38,019 nt of DNA, taken from a virus. Taxonomy: Duplodnaviria > Caudoviricetes. Each line of letters opens with the position of its first letter. Positions within the stretch are counted from its first letter, which is position 1. Where the stretch lies: IMG/VR virus record IMGVR_UViG_3300033067_000507, positions 1 through 38,019 of that record; one strand, 5' to 3'. The position numbers and the translations under genes were made by a program. The notes beneath the pieces were generated by a model. That model searched no databases and was not told the origin of the DNA. It saw only the letters and a program-made list of their open reading frames with translations. This document shows positions 17,522-26,196 of this stretch, piece after piece.

Positions 17522-17713
17522 ATGTCATATAAATACATACAACCAACAGAGGAACAAAAAGTCTTAATGCAAGAATTTAGAGATAAGTTTGAGACATTAA
17601 CAAGTGAAATAAAACAAAAAATAGAAAGTTCTAGGGGACTATCACTTTCTATTACAAAGTTAGAAGAGGCTTCCTTCTGGCTTAATAAGGCAATTACTAA
17701 GAACGATAAGTAG
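17522..17713 (+). CDS. Acb2/Tad1-like helical hairpin protein (putative signalling-nucleotide sponge)
   Basis: Y..PTEEQ...SRGLSLSITKLEEASFWLNKAI motif. Confidence 0.65.
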   Translation: MSYKYIQPTEEQKVLMQEFRDKFETLTSEIKQKIESSRGLSLSITKLEEASFWLNKAITKNDK

Positions 17714-17744
17714 TAGTCTGTCTGTATAATCAAATACAGACACA

Positions 17745-17907
17745 TGCGGAGTGATGGAAAAGTAGACATAAATTAACTAGCATGAGGTAAGAGACCCTCA
17801 CAATAAACAAAAAATCAATCCGAGACTGGAGAGTCTTAGCATGTAGTGTGACTATACGAAGCTCTATGGGTATCTCGTAGGGTAAACGGCAAATCACTAC
17901 CTCCGCA
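17745..17907 (+). ncRNA. tRNA-like structured RNA (non-canonical)
   Basis: Acceptor TGCGGAG/CTCCGCA, Leu-type D arm ATGGAAAAGTAGACAT, T-like stem GTAGTG...CAAAT-CACTAC; expanded interior. Confidence 0.6.
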
Positions 17908-17960
17908 GTTGCCTGTATTTGATAGTTTGGTATACTATAAATGAACCTTGTGGGCGACAT

Positions 17961-17994
17961 AAAAACCCCAATCTCATTGCGAGAAAGGGGTTTT
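17961..17994. terminator. Bidirectional terminator where the two arms converge
   Basis: AAAACCCC...GGGGTTTT inverted repeat. Confidence 0.75.
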
Positions 17995-18025
17995 GTGTTT
18001 GGTGCTGAGTCACCATTTTGCTCCT

Positions 18026-18205
18026 TTATTTGGGAAGAGCGGTAGCACCTGCAAATGCAGGTCTGATTTTCGTAGCACGAGGTGGACGAAGTTTGCTTGT
18101 ATCGTGTTTGTTAGCACACTTGAAGCCACACCAAGGCTTTGAAAAGAGAAAGATGTAATCAGGTACTTTCTCATGGCAACCAGAACAGGTTAATGAAGTA
18201 CTCAT
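18026..18205 (-). CDS. Small treble-clef (YacG/TRASH-like) zinc finger protein (59 aa)
   Basis: C-x2-C-x15-C-x3-C; TATAAT at 18216-18221 lies upstream of ATG 18205. Confidence 0.65.
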   Translation of the reverse strand: MSTSLTCSGCHEKVPDYIFLFSKPWCGFKCANKHDTSKLRPPRATKIRPAFAGATALPK

Positions 18206-18225
18206 ATCTGTATCTATTATACAAC

Positions 18226-18254
18226 AAAAAAACACACTGTCGAATAGTGTGTTT
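18226..18254 (-). terminator. Intrinsic terminator ending the late operon
   Basis: AAACACACT-7 nt-AGTGTGTTT with a T tail on the minus strand. Confidence 0.7.
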
Positions 18255-18259
18255 AATGT

Positions 18260-18440
18260 TTACACTCTCTAGGCTGTAGGCGAGACTGGCGACGGCTCGC
18301 TTATTTACAGCACAGGTCTTTTAAAGACGAGATGAACATTGAATCATTAGAATTATCAAAATTTTTTGCTTGTAAGATTTCTCTTTTTATTAAGTTGTAC
18401 CAACTAGAAGGAAAGAACATCGCCAGCCTAGAAAGTGTAA
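18260..18440 (-). ncRNA. Structured RNA element enclosing a 39-codon ORF
   Basis: 17-bp terminal inverted repeat (one U-G pair on the minus strand) plus an internal hairpin. Confidence 0.55.
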
Positions 18441-18458
18441 TATTTAATTGTAAACGTA

Positions 18459-18671
18459 CTAAACCTTTTTACCACCAAGTTTAACTGGGATATAAGGTGC
18501 GATAACTGCGGTAATTCCTGCTCTCAATCCTGCAACTGCTACAGAACTCCAGAAAGCAACTGTCCAACTAACTGTTTCAGCGTCTAATATAATCAAAGCA
18601 CTTGCAACAACAAAAGAAGTTCCAAATGTCTTTGCGATTGATATTAGTTTTGTTTTTGTTTCGTCTGACAT
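18459..18671 (-). CDS. Putative holin
   Basis: 70 aa, two hydrophobic segments and a basic C-terminus; last gene of the lysis cassette. Confidence 0.65.
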   Translation of the reverse strand: MSDETKTKLISIAKTFGTSFVVASALIILDAETVSWTVAFWSSVAVAGLRAGITAVIAPYIPVKLGGKKV

Positions 18672-18709
18672 AAATAATTTATTATTGTTATTAACGTCTA
18701 TATTATACA

Positions 18710-19213
18710 TCATAATAGCTCAAAAATGTATAGGGCAAGACCGCCTTGTCTACTGTATCTTTCAATCCAACTTATATTGTCATATTTATCAGTCCATAAA
18801 CCAGAAGAAGAAGCATTACTTAATATCTTCCCATTACGCCCTATAATGCCAGTATGACCCACTACAGTTCCATTACCTGTCTTTGTCACACTTATGATTA
18901 TATTTCCTTCCTTAAACTCATTAGAGGCTTTAAACCGTATATCTGACTGTAACTGTTTTAGAAATAACGGTGTATAAGTCATTATTGGAAAATCTTTTAA
19001 ATATTTCCTTAAAATAGTTGTTAAAGTTTCCACACATGCATAATCATCTGGTTGTAAATCTGATGGAGTAGGGTCTGTTCCATAAAAGGTTAAAGCAAAA
19101 TCTAATAACTTCTCTCTATTAGTTTTTTCAATTACAGGTGGTTGTACATAAACAGTCTTTACTAAATCCTCTTTGTATAAATTTTTATATAGTTCTTTTA
19201 TAAATTCTTTCAT
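18710..19213 (-). CDS. NlpC/P60- or CHAP-like cell-wall hydrolase
   Basis: YAC (Cys), GHTGII (His) and ILSN. Confidence 0.65.
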   Translation of the reverse strand: MKEFIKELYKNLYKEDLVKTVYVQPPVIEKTNREKLLDFALTFYGTDPTPSDLQPDDYACVETLTTILRKYLKDFPIMTYTPLFLKQLQSDIRFKASNEFKEGNIIISVTKTGNGTVVGHTGIIGRNGKILSNASSSGLWTDKYDNISWIERYSRQGGLALYIFELL

Positions 19214-20058
19214 TTTGTTTTTTGAATCCAGAATATTTTAAAATCTCTGAATATTAACTTTTCTTTTAAAAACCAGTTCCATAATTTTGTTATTATGTTA
19301 TCTTTCTTTTCGACTACACTAACTTTTTTTTTAATCCAAAACCTCTTAACTATTGTAGGTAAGTCTTTCCATTCAAGGTCTTTAATGAAAGGGGTGTCAT
19401 AACTATCAAATATACGTCTAAACTCGTTTTCTCTTTGATAGATTAAGGTAGTAGCGTGATTGTCTGTAGCACCTTCTGGTCTAAAATACAAACCATTTAT
19501 ACCTAGTCTCCAAGCATAGAATGACATTAGAAGTGGAGATGACTTTAATGCTGTAGTTATCGATTCACTGTCTGGGGTAACAAATTCATGTTTAAAATCC
19601 CACTCATCGTTAAATTTTTTTGCCAATTCAAATAGGGCAGTAGGAATCTGTGCAAAAAACTTATCTTCTGTATCGATAGTCTCATCAAATGGATAAACAT
19701 CTTGTGGTACTACACCAATCTTTCTTAGAAATTCGCAACATTCTTGGGGTGTACAACCTTTACCACGTGTATTAACTACAGTAGCGAGGAATCTATCACT
19801 ATAGTTTCTTTCAATTCCATACTTCCTTTTAATTAAGATTTCTATACAGTTTAAAGTTGTAAATACAACACACGCATATGGCTCAATATTATTTAAATCC
19901 TGTCTTTCTTTTACTACTAGATAATTAGACCAATCACCGTCTGATTGTAATGCCTCATAAGGTATTTCAGATGAGCCAAATACCCAATGCTCTGGAGAAG
20001 GCTCATCGAACCTTAAACCGTACTTAATCTCTTCCTTTGTTGTCTTTCTCTTTCTCAT
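19210..20058 (-). CDS. Papain-like (C1) cysteine peptidase
   Basis: Q...ACVVF, YSDRFL, NHA and FDSY motifs; start MRKRK overlaps the upstream stop (ATGA). Confidence 0.75.
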   Translation of the reverse strand: MRKRKTTKEEIKYGLRFDEPSPEHWVFGSSEIPYEALQSDGDWSNYLVVKERQDLNNIEPYACVVFTTLNCIEILIKRKYGIERNYSDRFLATVVNTRGKGCTPQECCEFLRKIGVVPQDVYPFDETIDTEDKFFAQIPTALFELAKKFNDEWDFKHEFVTPDSESITTALKSSPLLMSFYAWRLGINGLYFRPEGATDNHATTLIYQRENEFRRIFDSYDTPFIKDLEWKDLPTIVKRFWIKKKVSVVEKKDNIITKLWNWFLKEKLIFRDFKIFWIQKTK

Positions 20059-20417
20059 AAGACTTTTTTCAATGACCATAGTATAGCACTTCCTATAACA
20101 ATAATCGAACCTATAATTCCCCCCAACTTTACAATATATTGACCTTTATCATTCAGATATTTTTTTGCATTTACTTCCTCTTCATAAGCTTTGATAACTG
20201 GCTCTACTCTAGCCATATGTGCGTCTACTACTTTTCTGTATTTTTTTGTTTCCTCTGCATTCTTTATAAGAATATTTTTAACCTCTGTTAAATCGGCTCT
20301 TATATGAGACATATGGTCTCCATCAATTAAGCGAAGTTCCTCATGTTTTTGAAACTTCTTTTCAAAGATTTCTATGTGAGAGTCTAGTCTCTTTTCTAAT
20401 GTTGCTATATCAGACAT
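20055..20417 (-). CDS. Coiled-coil protein with C-terminal TM (lysis-associated)
   Basis: XhlA-like architecture at the head of the lysis cassette. Confidence 0.6.
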   Translation of the reverse strand: MSDIATLEKRLDSHIEIFEKKFQKHEELRLIDGDHMSHIRADLTEVKNILIKNAEETKKYRKVVDAHMARVEPVIKAYEEEVNAKKYLNDKGQYIVKLGGIIGSIIVIGSAILWSLKKVL

Positions 20418-20418
20418 G

Positions 20419-21633
20419 TTAATTTAGTAAAAATATCTTTCTATGTCTAGTATTTCCTACTGAATTAGCCCCAGTTACACCTCCACTAGCTACTGTATAT
20501 GTTATGTATTGAGATATTTTTCTAGTAGCAAAATTTGTCGCACCAGTTACTTGAGGTGATGTATAACTATTTGTAGGGTCTGCCCAGCCTTGAGTTCCAC
20601 CAGGGGAATCATAATAGTATCTAACTGTAGCGTCACCAACGAAACCTATAGAATAACCTGTACCAGTTGTAATACTTGGGCTAGTTGAAAAGGTTGTAGT
20701 AGTAAATGAACCACTAGCTGTTGCCGGTAGTAAAGTAGAATTACTAACACCATTAGTTATCAATGCATTATTATTTAATGTATTATCGTATATCACACCT
20801 TTGGCATTAACAGTACCTACTGCATTGCCATCAATTCCTAGAGATATAGAAGTCACTGTTCCGTTTTCAGTAGATGTTGCATAAGTAGTTGCCACTGTAT
20901 TTAGTGTAACTGTACTATTACTTGCTCCCATACTTGTATAACCGAGCGTAGGGTCTACTCTTACAGGATAAATTGCACTATCCAAGAAAGTATACGGTAC
21001 ATAGACTGTTAATGTACATGTCTTTGGCTCAAAACCTAATTCACCCCATACCCAATCACCAGAATTATCTGATATCTTTGGTCGTTTAATATGGAAAGCC
21101 TTACCAGTCATAAACTCATTATCCTTTAATGTTTTGTGATATACAGCATACGAGCCAACAATATCATCTGGTCTAACATCACCTGTCTTTATCTCTTCAT
21201 CAGTAAGTGGTAGTTGATACATGAAATTATAATCTTCACACCCTGCTATTGTGTAGTGAAATTGTTGATATTCTTTTCCGTTAATTTCTGGTTTCTCTTT
21301 TAGTATAGTATCAAGGTTTATAGACCCATTAGAAGGCTCTATAATGAACGTAGACTTGCCGTCCACTGATTCAGCCTCTCTTATCTTAGATAAAAGGTCT
21401 CTATCAGACGGTAGGTAATCTCCTACTGGTTGGATTGATATACTTTCTTTACCATTCCAACGAGTTAATTCAACTTCATTAGTATCTTTATCGATGTTTA
21501 CAACGTTATTGTCTATCCCAACTTCATAATAATCACCTTTGTCTACATAAGGGTTTATATCACTATCGGCAACGATAACTCCACTTGTTGCAAGGACTGC
21601 TGTTATTCCAATTGTAGCTAGTGTTTCTTTCAT
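20419..21633 (-). CDS. Virion or surface protein with signal-like N-terminus
   Basis: Hydrophobic N-terminus; domain ending YPVRVDPT; Thr/Ser-rich beta C-terminus. Confidence 0.7.
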   Translation of the reverse strand: MKETLATIGITAVLATSGVIVADSDINPYVDKGDYYEVGIDNNVVNIDKDTNEVELTRWNGKESISIQPVGDYLPSDRDLLSKIREAESVDGKSTFIIEPSNGSINLDTILKEKPEINGKEYQQFHYTIAGCEDYNFMYQLPLTDEEIKTGDVRPDDIVGSYAVYHKTLKDNEFMTGKAFHIKRPKISDNSGDWVWGELGFEPKTCTLTVYVPYTFLDSAIYPVRVDPTLGYTSMGASNSTVTLNTVATTYATSTENGTVTSISLGIDGNAVGTVNAKGVIYDNTLNNNALITNGVSNSTLLPATASGSFTTTTFSTSPSITTGTGYSIGFVGDATVRYYYDSPGGTQGWADPTNSYTSPQVTGATNFATRKISQYITYTVASGGVTGANSVGNTRHRKIFLLN

Positions 21634-21634
21634 A

Positions 21635-22993
21635 TTAAATATTTGATATATAGTTTACTGTACAAAATACGTCCGTTAAAGACACTGGTGTACCTACAGA
21701 ATATTGTACGGTCATGCCTGGGACAAATCTATTGTTTTGCGTAAAGTTATATGTAGCATAAGTTGAAGAAGCTGGAATCATATTTGTTGAGTTTGTACCA
21801 TCACTAAATACAATATTAGCAGTTCCTGAAGCTGTTTTACACGCTGCCGAAGTCCATGTCTCAAGAGTTGTTACGTTGTAAAATTGTTTTGTTGTAGTTG
21901 CAGTTGATGTTGCAAAAGGAATAATGAAATCTCCTTTTTGTTGTACAGTAGCGTTTCTCAAATCTACTCCTCCAGCAAATGTTGATGTTGCTGTTGTAGA
22001 CGTAGCAGTAATATTTGGAGTTACTATACCACCAAAACCCACTACTGATAGAGGTGCATATGGGGAAGAAGTGGCGATACCAACAAAACCAGTTGTTGAT
22101 ATTCTCATATCTTCACCTGAACCAGAACCAAAAGTTAAGTTTTGAGAAGCTCTTATAGCAAGGTCTGTCTTTACTCCACCACTTCCAGAAAATAGAACAC
22201 CAGCAGAACCTATATAACCAAAGTCTATATTTGAGTTTCTGTATATTGTATACATTCCTGTAGCACTAATCGAGTCAAACATAGCTACCACTGGATTAGC
22301 ACCAGCACCAATAGTTAGCTGAACTCCAGCTGCAAATGTAGATGTTCCAACTGCTACTTGGTTTAATGTTGATGATAAAGACAAAGTTGGACTAGAAGTT
22401 GTTGCAAATGTTACAGGGTTACTTCCTTGAATATACATATTACCTCCAGCATTTCTAAATGCCCAGTCAGTTTCAGTAATACCGTTTGATGTAAGAACTA
22501 ATTGTGGAGTTGTAGTTGCAGCAATTTGAAGTGGAAAACGTGGTGAGGTAGTACCTACTCCAACATTTCCTCCGAGGTAAGCTATGTTCGTATTTGGGTC
22601 GAACCAGTAATCTGCAGTTGATGTTGCAGTAGCTCCTATAGTTGGAATGTCAGTCGTATTATTTGGATAGTTTATTAAACGTCCTGCAACTGTTGATGTT
22701 GTAGTAGACCATGTACCACCTCCTGAGCCACCTCCTCCTGTAGGCCAGACAGTCCTACAATCAGTTGATATACATATACCAGTAGCACTTATTACAGTAG
22801 ATGAAGCATAAGGGAATGTAGATTTAGTCACAGAAGAAGAAGCGATAAAATATGCTGCCTCAATTCTATCACCAATACGCAATGGATTGATAAAACCATT
22901 ACCTTGATTAACAGTTGTTGGTAATATAGCACCAAAAGCAACTGTCGGTACTAAAATTATTAAAGCTATTATTATTTTGTATATATTTTTCAT
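21635..22993 (-). CDS. Fibre or adhesin-like protein with signal peptide
   Basis: MKNIYKIIIALIILVPTVAFG; GNVGVGTTSP and GFVGIATSSP repeats; ATSTFAGG. Confidence 0.75.
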   Translation of the reverse strand: MKNIYKIIIALIILVPTVAFGAILPTTVNQGNGFINPLRIGDRIEAAYFIASSSVTKSTFPYASSTVISATGICISTDCRTVWPTGGGGSGGGTWSTTTSTVAGRLINYPNNTTDIPTIGATATSTADYWFDPNTNIAYLGGNVGVGTTSPRFPLQIAATTTPQLVLTSNGITETDWAFRNAGGNMYIQGSNPVTFATTSSPTLSLSSTLNQVAVGTSTFAAGVQLTIGAGANPVVAMFDSISATGMYTIYRNSNIDFGYIGSAGVLFSGSGGVKTDLAIRASQNLTFGSGSGEDMRISTTGFVGIATSSPYAPLSVVGFGGIVTPNITATSTTATSTFAGGVDLRNATVQQKGDFIIPFATSTATTTKQFYNVTTLETWTSAACKTASGTANIVFSDGTNSTNMIPASSTYATYNFTQNNRFVPGMTVQYSVGTPVSLTDVFCTVNYISNI

Positions 22994-23000
22994 ATTTGTT

Positions 23001-24401
23001 TTAAAAAACTGCCATTAAACCTGCTCCACTACTACTACCAGAATCTTGGTGCTGTACTGCTCCTATATCTGGATAAGCAACTGTTCCTGTATAACCACCT
23101 TCCTGCTGTGTATAATATCCTGTTCCAGTTCCTTTAGCTTGAGAAGATGTGATTCTAAAATCACCTGTACTTGGAGAGTTCCAAGGGGTTGTATCAGCTG
23201 TGTAAGTTACTTTACCCTCTACTCTTATTCCTGGCACTGATTCAATTATATCAGTCCCGTTGGCTTGAGTTCCTGAACCAAATCCGCAATTCTTAATATA
23301 ACCATTCTTTGCATTTGTTCCAAAGTTCCAACCACCACTAACATTCTTTACAGCATTACAGTTATAGAAGTTTGCACACATTGAAGCTGTAGTCTGCATA
23401 TTAAATCCATGTCTACCATTATCATATGTGTCACAACCAACATAAGTTTGATTAACATCTCCAACACTAGAGAAACCATCATTACCATTCGCCCAAGCTA
23501 TACAACCTTGAACTAGCATTGATTGGTCTAGGAAGAACCCTGTACCGTTACTTCCAGTATTGTGATGTGAGATATTTCGTAAACAAACTGAACCTGAACT
23601 CAATAGTTGAACTCCTCCTTTTGTAGAAGTATTAGATTGATTACACACTGTAAACTCACATTCTGTTGCGTTGCAGACGGCATTTGCTGCCAATCCCATA
23701 CCTCTTATATTCTTAAATACACATCGGTAAAACATGTTTTCATTTCCAGTTACTCCCACACCATCAACACTTCCAGTTGCTCCATTATTTTGAAATTTAA
23801 AATATACAAAGTTAGTATTTTTACCAGTTACGTTTAGAAGTTTATAACTAGCTCCACTTGTACCACCATCAATGATTGCATATCCACCGTCACCAATAGT
23901 TGTAGTGTAACCTTCATGCCATATAGCACCAGTATCTAGGGAATGAGTTAATGCACCAGTAATAGAATATGTACCAGCTTTCCATGCTACGTGTGGTGGG
24001 TTTCCAGTAGTATTTGTCATAGTTCCAGCTGCAAAATCAAGTGGGAAAGCCTCTGTACCATTACAACCCTTCCAAGCACCTCCAATCTTTAATGTCCTGT
24101 TTCCTGTGCCGTCTACTGGAGCTGTTCCTGATTTAGCAGTCAAAGAAACTGTAATTGTAGTAGTATCTCGTGCTGTAACTCTACCGACAAAACCTGTTAC
24201 TGTAGAACCATTTGCATATACAGAGGCAAAATCTCCAACTGCAACACCGTCCGATGAAGGATTACCACTTGCTACAGTGAAAACTCCAGTTGCCGCAACC
24301 CAGTTACCAGAAGCATAAGTAAAAGTTGCAGAATCTGTTTTAGTGCTCCCTGCATTTAAGTTACTTCCTGTTGATTGTACGTAGAATTGAGTAAAAGCGA
24401 T
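23001..24401 (-). CDS. Beta-helix (pectin-lyase-like) tailspike; frame extends to an ATC codon
   Basis: Asn/Gly/Cys-rich N.G.GF repeats; the frame is open 86 codons beyond the TTG used by the ORF track. Confidence 0.7.
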   Translation of the reverse strand: MAFTQFYVQSTGSNLNAGSTKTDSATFTYASGNWVAATGVFTVASGNPSSDGVAVGDFASVYANGSTVTGFVGRVTARDTTTITVSLTAKSGTAPVDGTGNRTLKIGGAWKGCNGTEAFPLDFAAGTMTNTTGNPPHVAWKAGTYSITGALTHSLDTGAIWHEGYTTTIGDGGYAIIDGGTSGASYKLLNVTGKNTNFVYFKFQNNGATGSVDGVGVTGNENMFYRCVFKNIRGMGLAANAVCNATECEFTVCNQSNTSTKGGVQLLSSGSVCLRNISHHNTGSNGTGFFLDQSMLVQGCIAWANGNDGFSSVGDVNQTYVGCDTYDNGRHGFNMQTTASMCANFYNCNAVKNVSGGWNFGTNAKNGYIKNCGFGSGTQANGTDIIESVPGIRVEGKVTYTADTTPWNSPSTGDFRITSSQAKGTGTGYYTQQEGGYTGTVAYPDIGAVQHQDSGSSSGAGLMAVF

Positions 24402-24402
24402 T

Positions 24403-24996
24403 TTAGTTCATTTCAGCCACCAATTTTTGAAAATATGATGACAATTTTGCTTCATCATCTCTCTTTCTAGGATGATGAGCATGGCATAATGTTATGCCAT
24501 TATTAACCTCATATCTTAATTCTGGAAAATTTTTCCATGGGAGGATATGATGTGTTTCTAATCTCCCATCACAGTTAACGTCTGCGATTCGACAAATCCA
24601 TCTATCTCTATTTCTAACAGCCATACGCCATTGTTTATATAGAGGGTCATTTTGCCTGACTTTTGTATCAGTTTTAACTTCATTTCTGTTATTTTTCCAA
24701 TTCCAATGTTTTTCTTTTGCCATATAACCCTTTATATTTTTATTCCAACTTATTCTACCTTTTTGAAAACCTTTTGATATTCCAAAACAGATAGAACTAC
24801 AAAATTTTCCTTTGGCTGCAGGAACTCTGGAATAGCTCTTATTACATAGTTCACACATATATATATTAGATTTTCCCTTATTCCACGGAATCATCTTTTT
24901 TTTAACCTCTGAACAACATAAATTACTACAAAACCTTCCTTTTCTCGATGGGTTTCTTTTGTAAATTTTATTACATTTTTCACAATTGTAAATCAT
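24403..24996 (-). mobile_element. Free-standing HNH homing endonuclease
   Basis: Two CxxC..FCS..C fingers, PWNKG-type repeats, and an HNH core RDRWIC...THHI...NGITLCHAHH. Confidence 0.9.
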
Positions 24997-24997
24997 T

Positions 24998-26152
24998 TTA
25001 TCCTAGATTTAATGCACTACCAATAAAGTGATATTTGCTATCAGTTGCATAGTAGATGAATGAATAATAGTCTACCTTTCCTGAACCTGATGTTGCAGTG
25101 GGTAATGGAACAGTGCCTCCAACATACTGAGCATTCCAAGAAAATGTCTGAATGTTTGTTGAGTCTATTCTTAAAGTAAATCCTCTACCATCTACAGGCG
25201 TGTCACTATCAGCATTGATAGTTAAAGTACCAGCCGATTGAGTATTTGTTTGATGGACTATTCTGTATAGGGCTGTACTTGGGGTGATTGAAGTTCCTGT
25301 AGCTACTGTTAATACCCCAGGGTCTCTTCCTGTTGCCGTAACTGGAGAATATCCAAATACATCTGTTCCTGTAGCTGGAGCAGTGTCTAGTGTTGCTGTA
25401 CTTGTCCCAGAATTCCATGTAAAACCGTAATTCTGTCTTATAGCTACACCATTAGCGACTATAACTTTTACTTCTGTTGCGAAAACAAAATCTGTATTAG
25501 AACCATTTATTGCTCCACTTGTCGGTGCAATTGGAGTTGCCGCACCAGTGGCGTCACTAGAACTTGAACTACTACTTGAACTTGCACCTGCGTTTATAAC
25601 TCTAAAAGCTGGTTGAGCCTTTATCTTTTTTATGTCTTCTTCAATACCTTCAATTCCTCTGATAGCAGATTTATCTAGTCTTTCTTCGCCTTTTAATCTT
25701 TCAAGACTGTCTCTAACAGTAATACCATTATTTAATATAATCTTTTTAAAATCTTCTGATGTTAGAGATTTTATAGAGTTAATTCTACTTACTAATTTAC
25801 CTTCTAATATATTAACATCTGGTATATTTGGTATCTTTGGTATAAGTCTCTCTACTCTACTTATTTCAAGTTTTAATTCTTTATAATTAGATTCCAACTT
25901 AGATTTAGACTTGTTATTATTTGAATCTAATAACTTTTGTATATTTTCGATTGAATCATCTAAAAATTTAACTAAATCAGATATCTTACTATCTTGTTTA
26001 TCTGTAGTATCTTTTAGTTTTTCTTCCAAACGAACTCTAACTTCTTTAGTTAGTTTCATAAAGAAGTCCATTTGTTCTTTCAAATCAGCATAAGTAGCTA
26101 CTTTGCCTTGATTCAAGAAACTTTGTAATTGTTTTGTTAGTTCTTCATTCAT
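24998..26152 (-). CDS. Coiled-coil tail needle or fibre-like protein
   Basis: Coiled-coil N-half, Ser linker and beta-rich C-half. Confidence 0.65.
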   Translation of the reverse strand: MNEELTKQLQSFLNQGKVATYADLKEQMDFFMKLTKEVRVRLEEKLKDTTDKQDSKISDLVKFLDDSIENIQKLLDSNNNKSKSKLESNYKELKLEISRVERLIPKIPNIPDVNILEGKLVSRINSIKSLTSEDFKKIILNNGITVRDSLERLKGEERLDKSAIRGIEGIEEDIKKIKAQPAFRVINAGASSSSSSSSSDATGAATPIAPTSGAINGSNTDFVFATEVKVIVANGVAIRQNYGFTWNSGTSTATLDTAPATGTDVFGYSPVTATGRDPGVLTVATGTSITPSTALYRIVHQTNTQSAGTLTINADSDTPVDGRGFTLRIDSTNIQTFSWNAQYVGGTVPLPTATSGSGKVDYYSFIYYATDSKYHFIGSALNLG

Positions 26153-26196
26153 ATGATATAATTAAATTATGTTAATAGTTTTTTTGATTTTAGTAG

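Noticed and set aside
17745-17907. Canonical tRNA or tmRNA
   Set aside because: No 7-nt anticodon loop, altered T loop, too short for tmRNA and no tag frame seen; kept as a tRNA-like ncRNA.
24403-24996. Group I intron around the HNH gene
   Set aside because: The ORF occupies the whole insert, and I see no ribozyme core.
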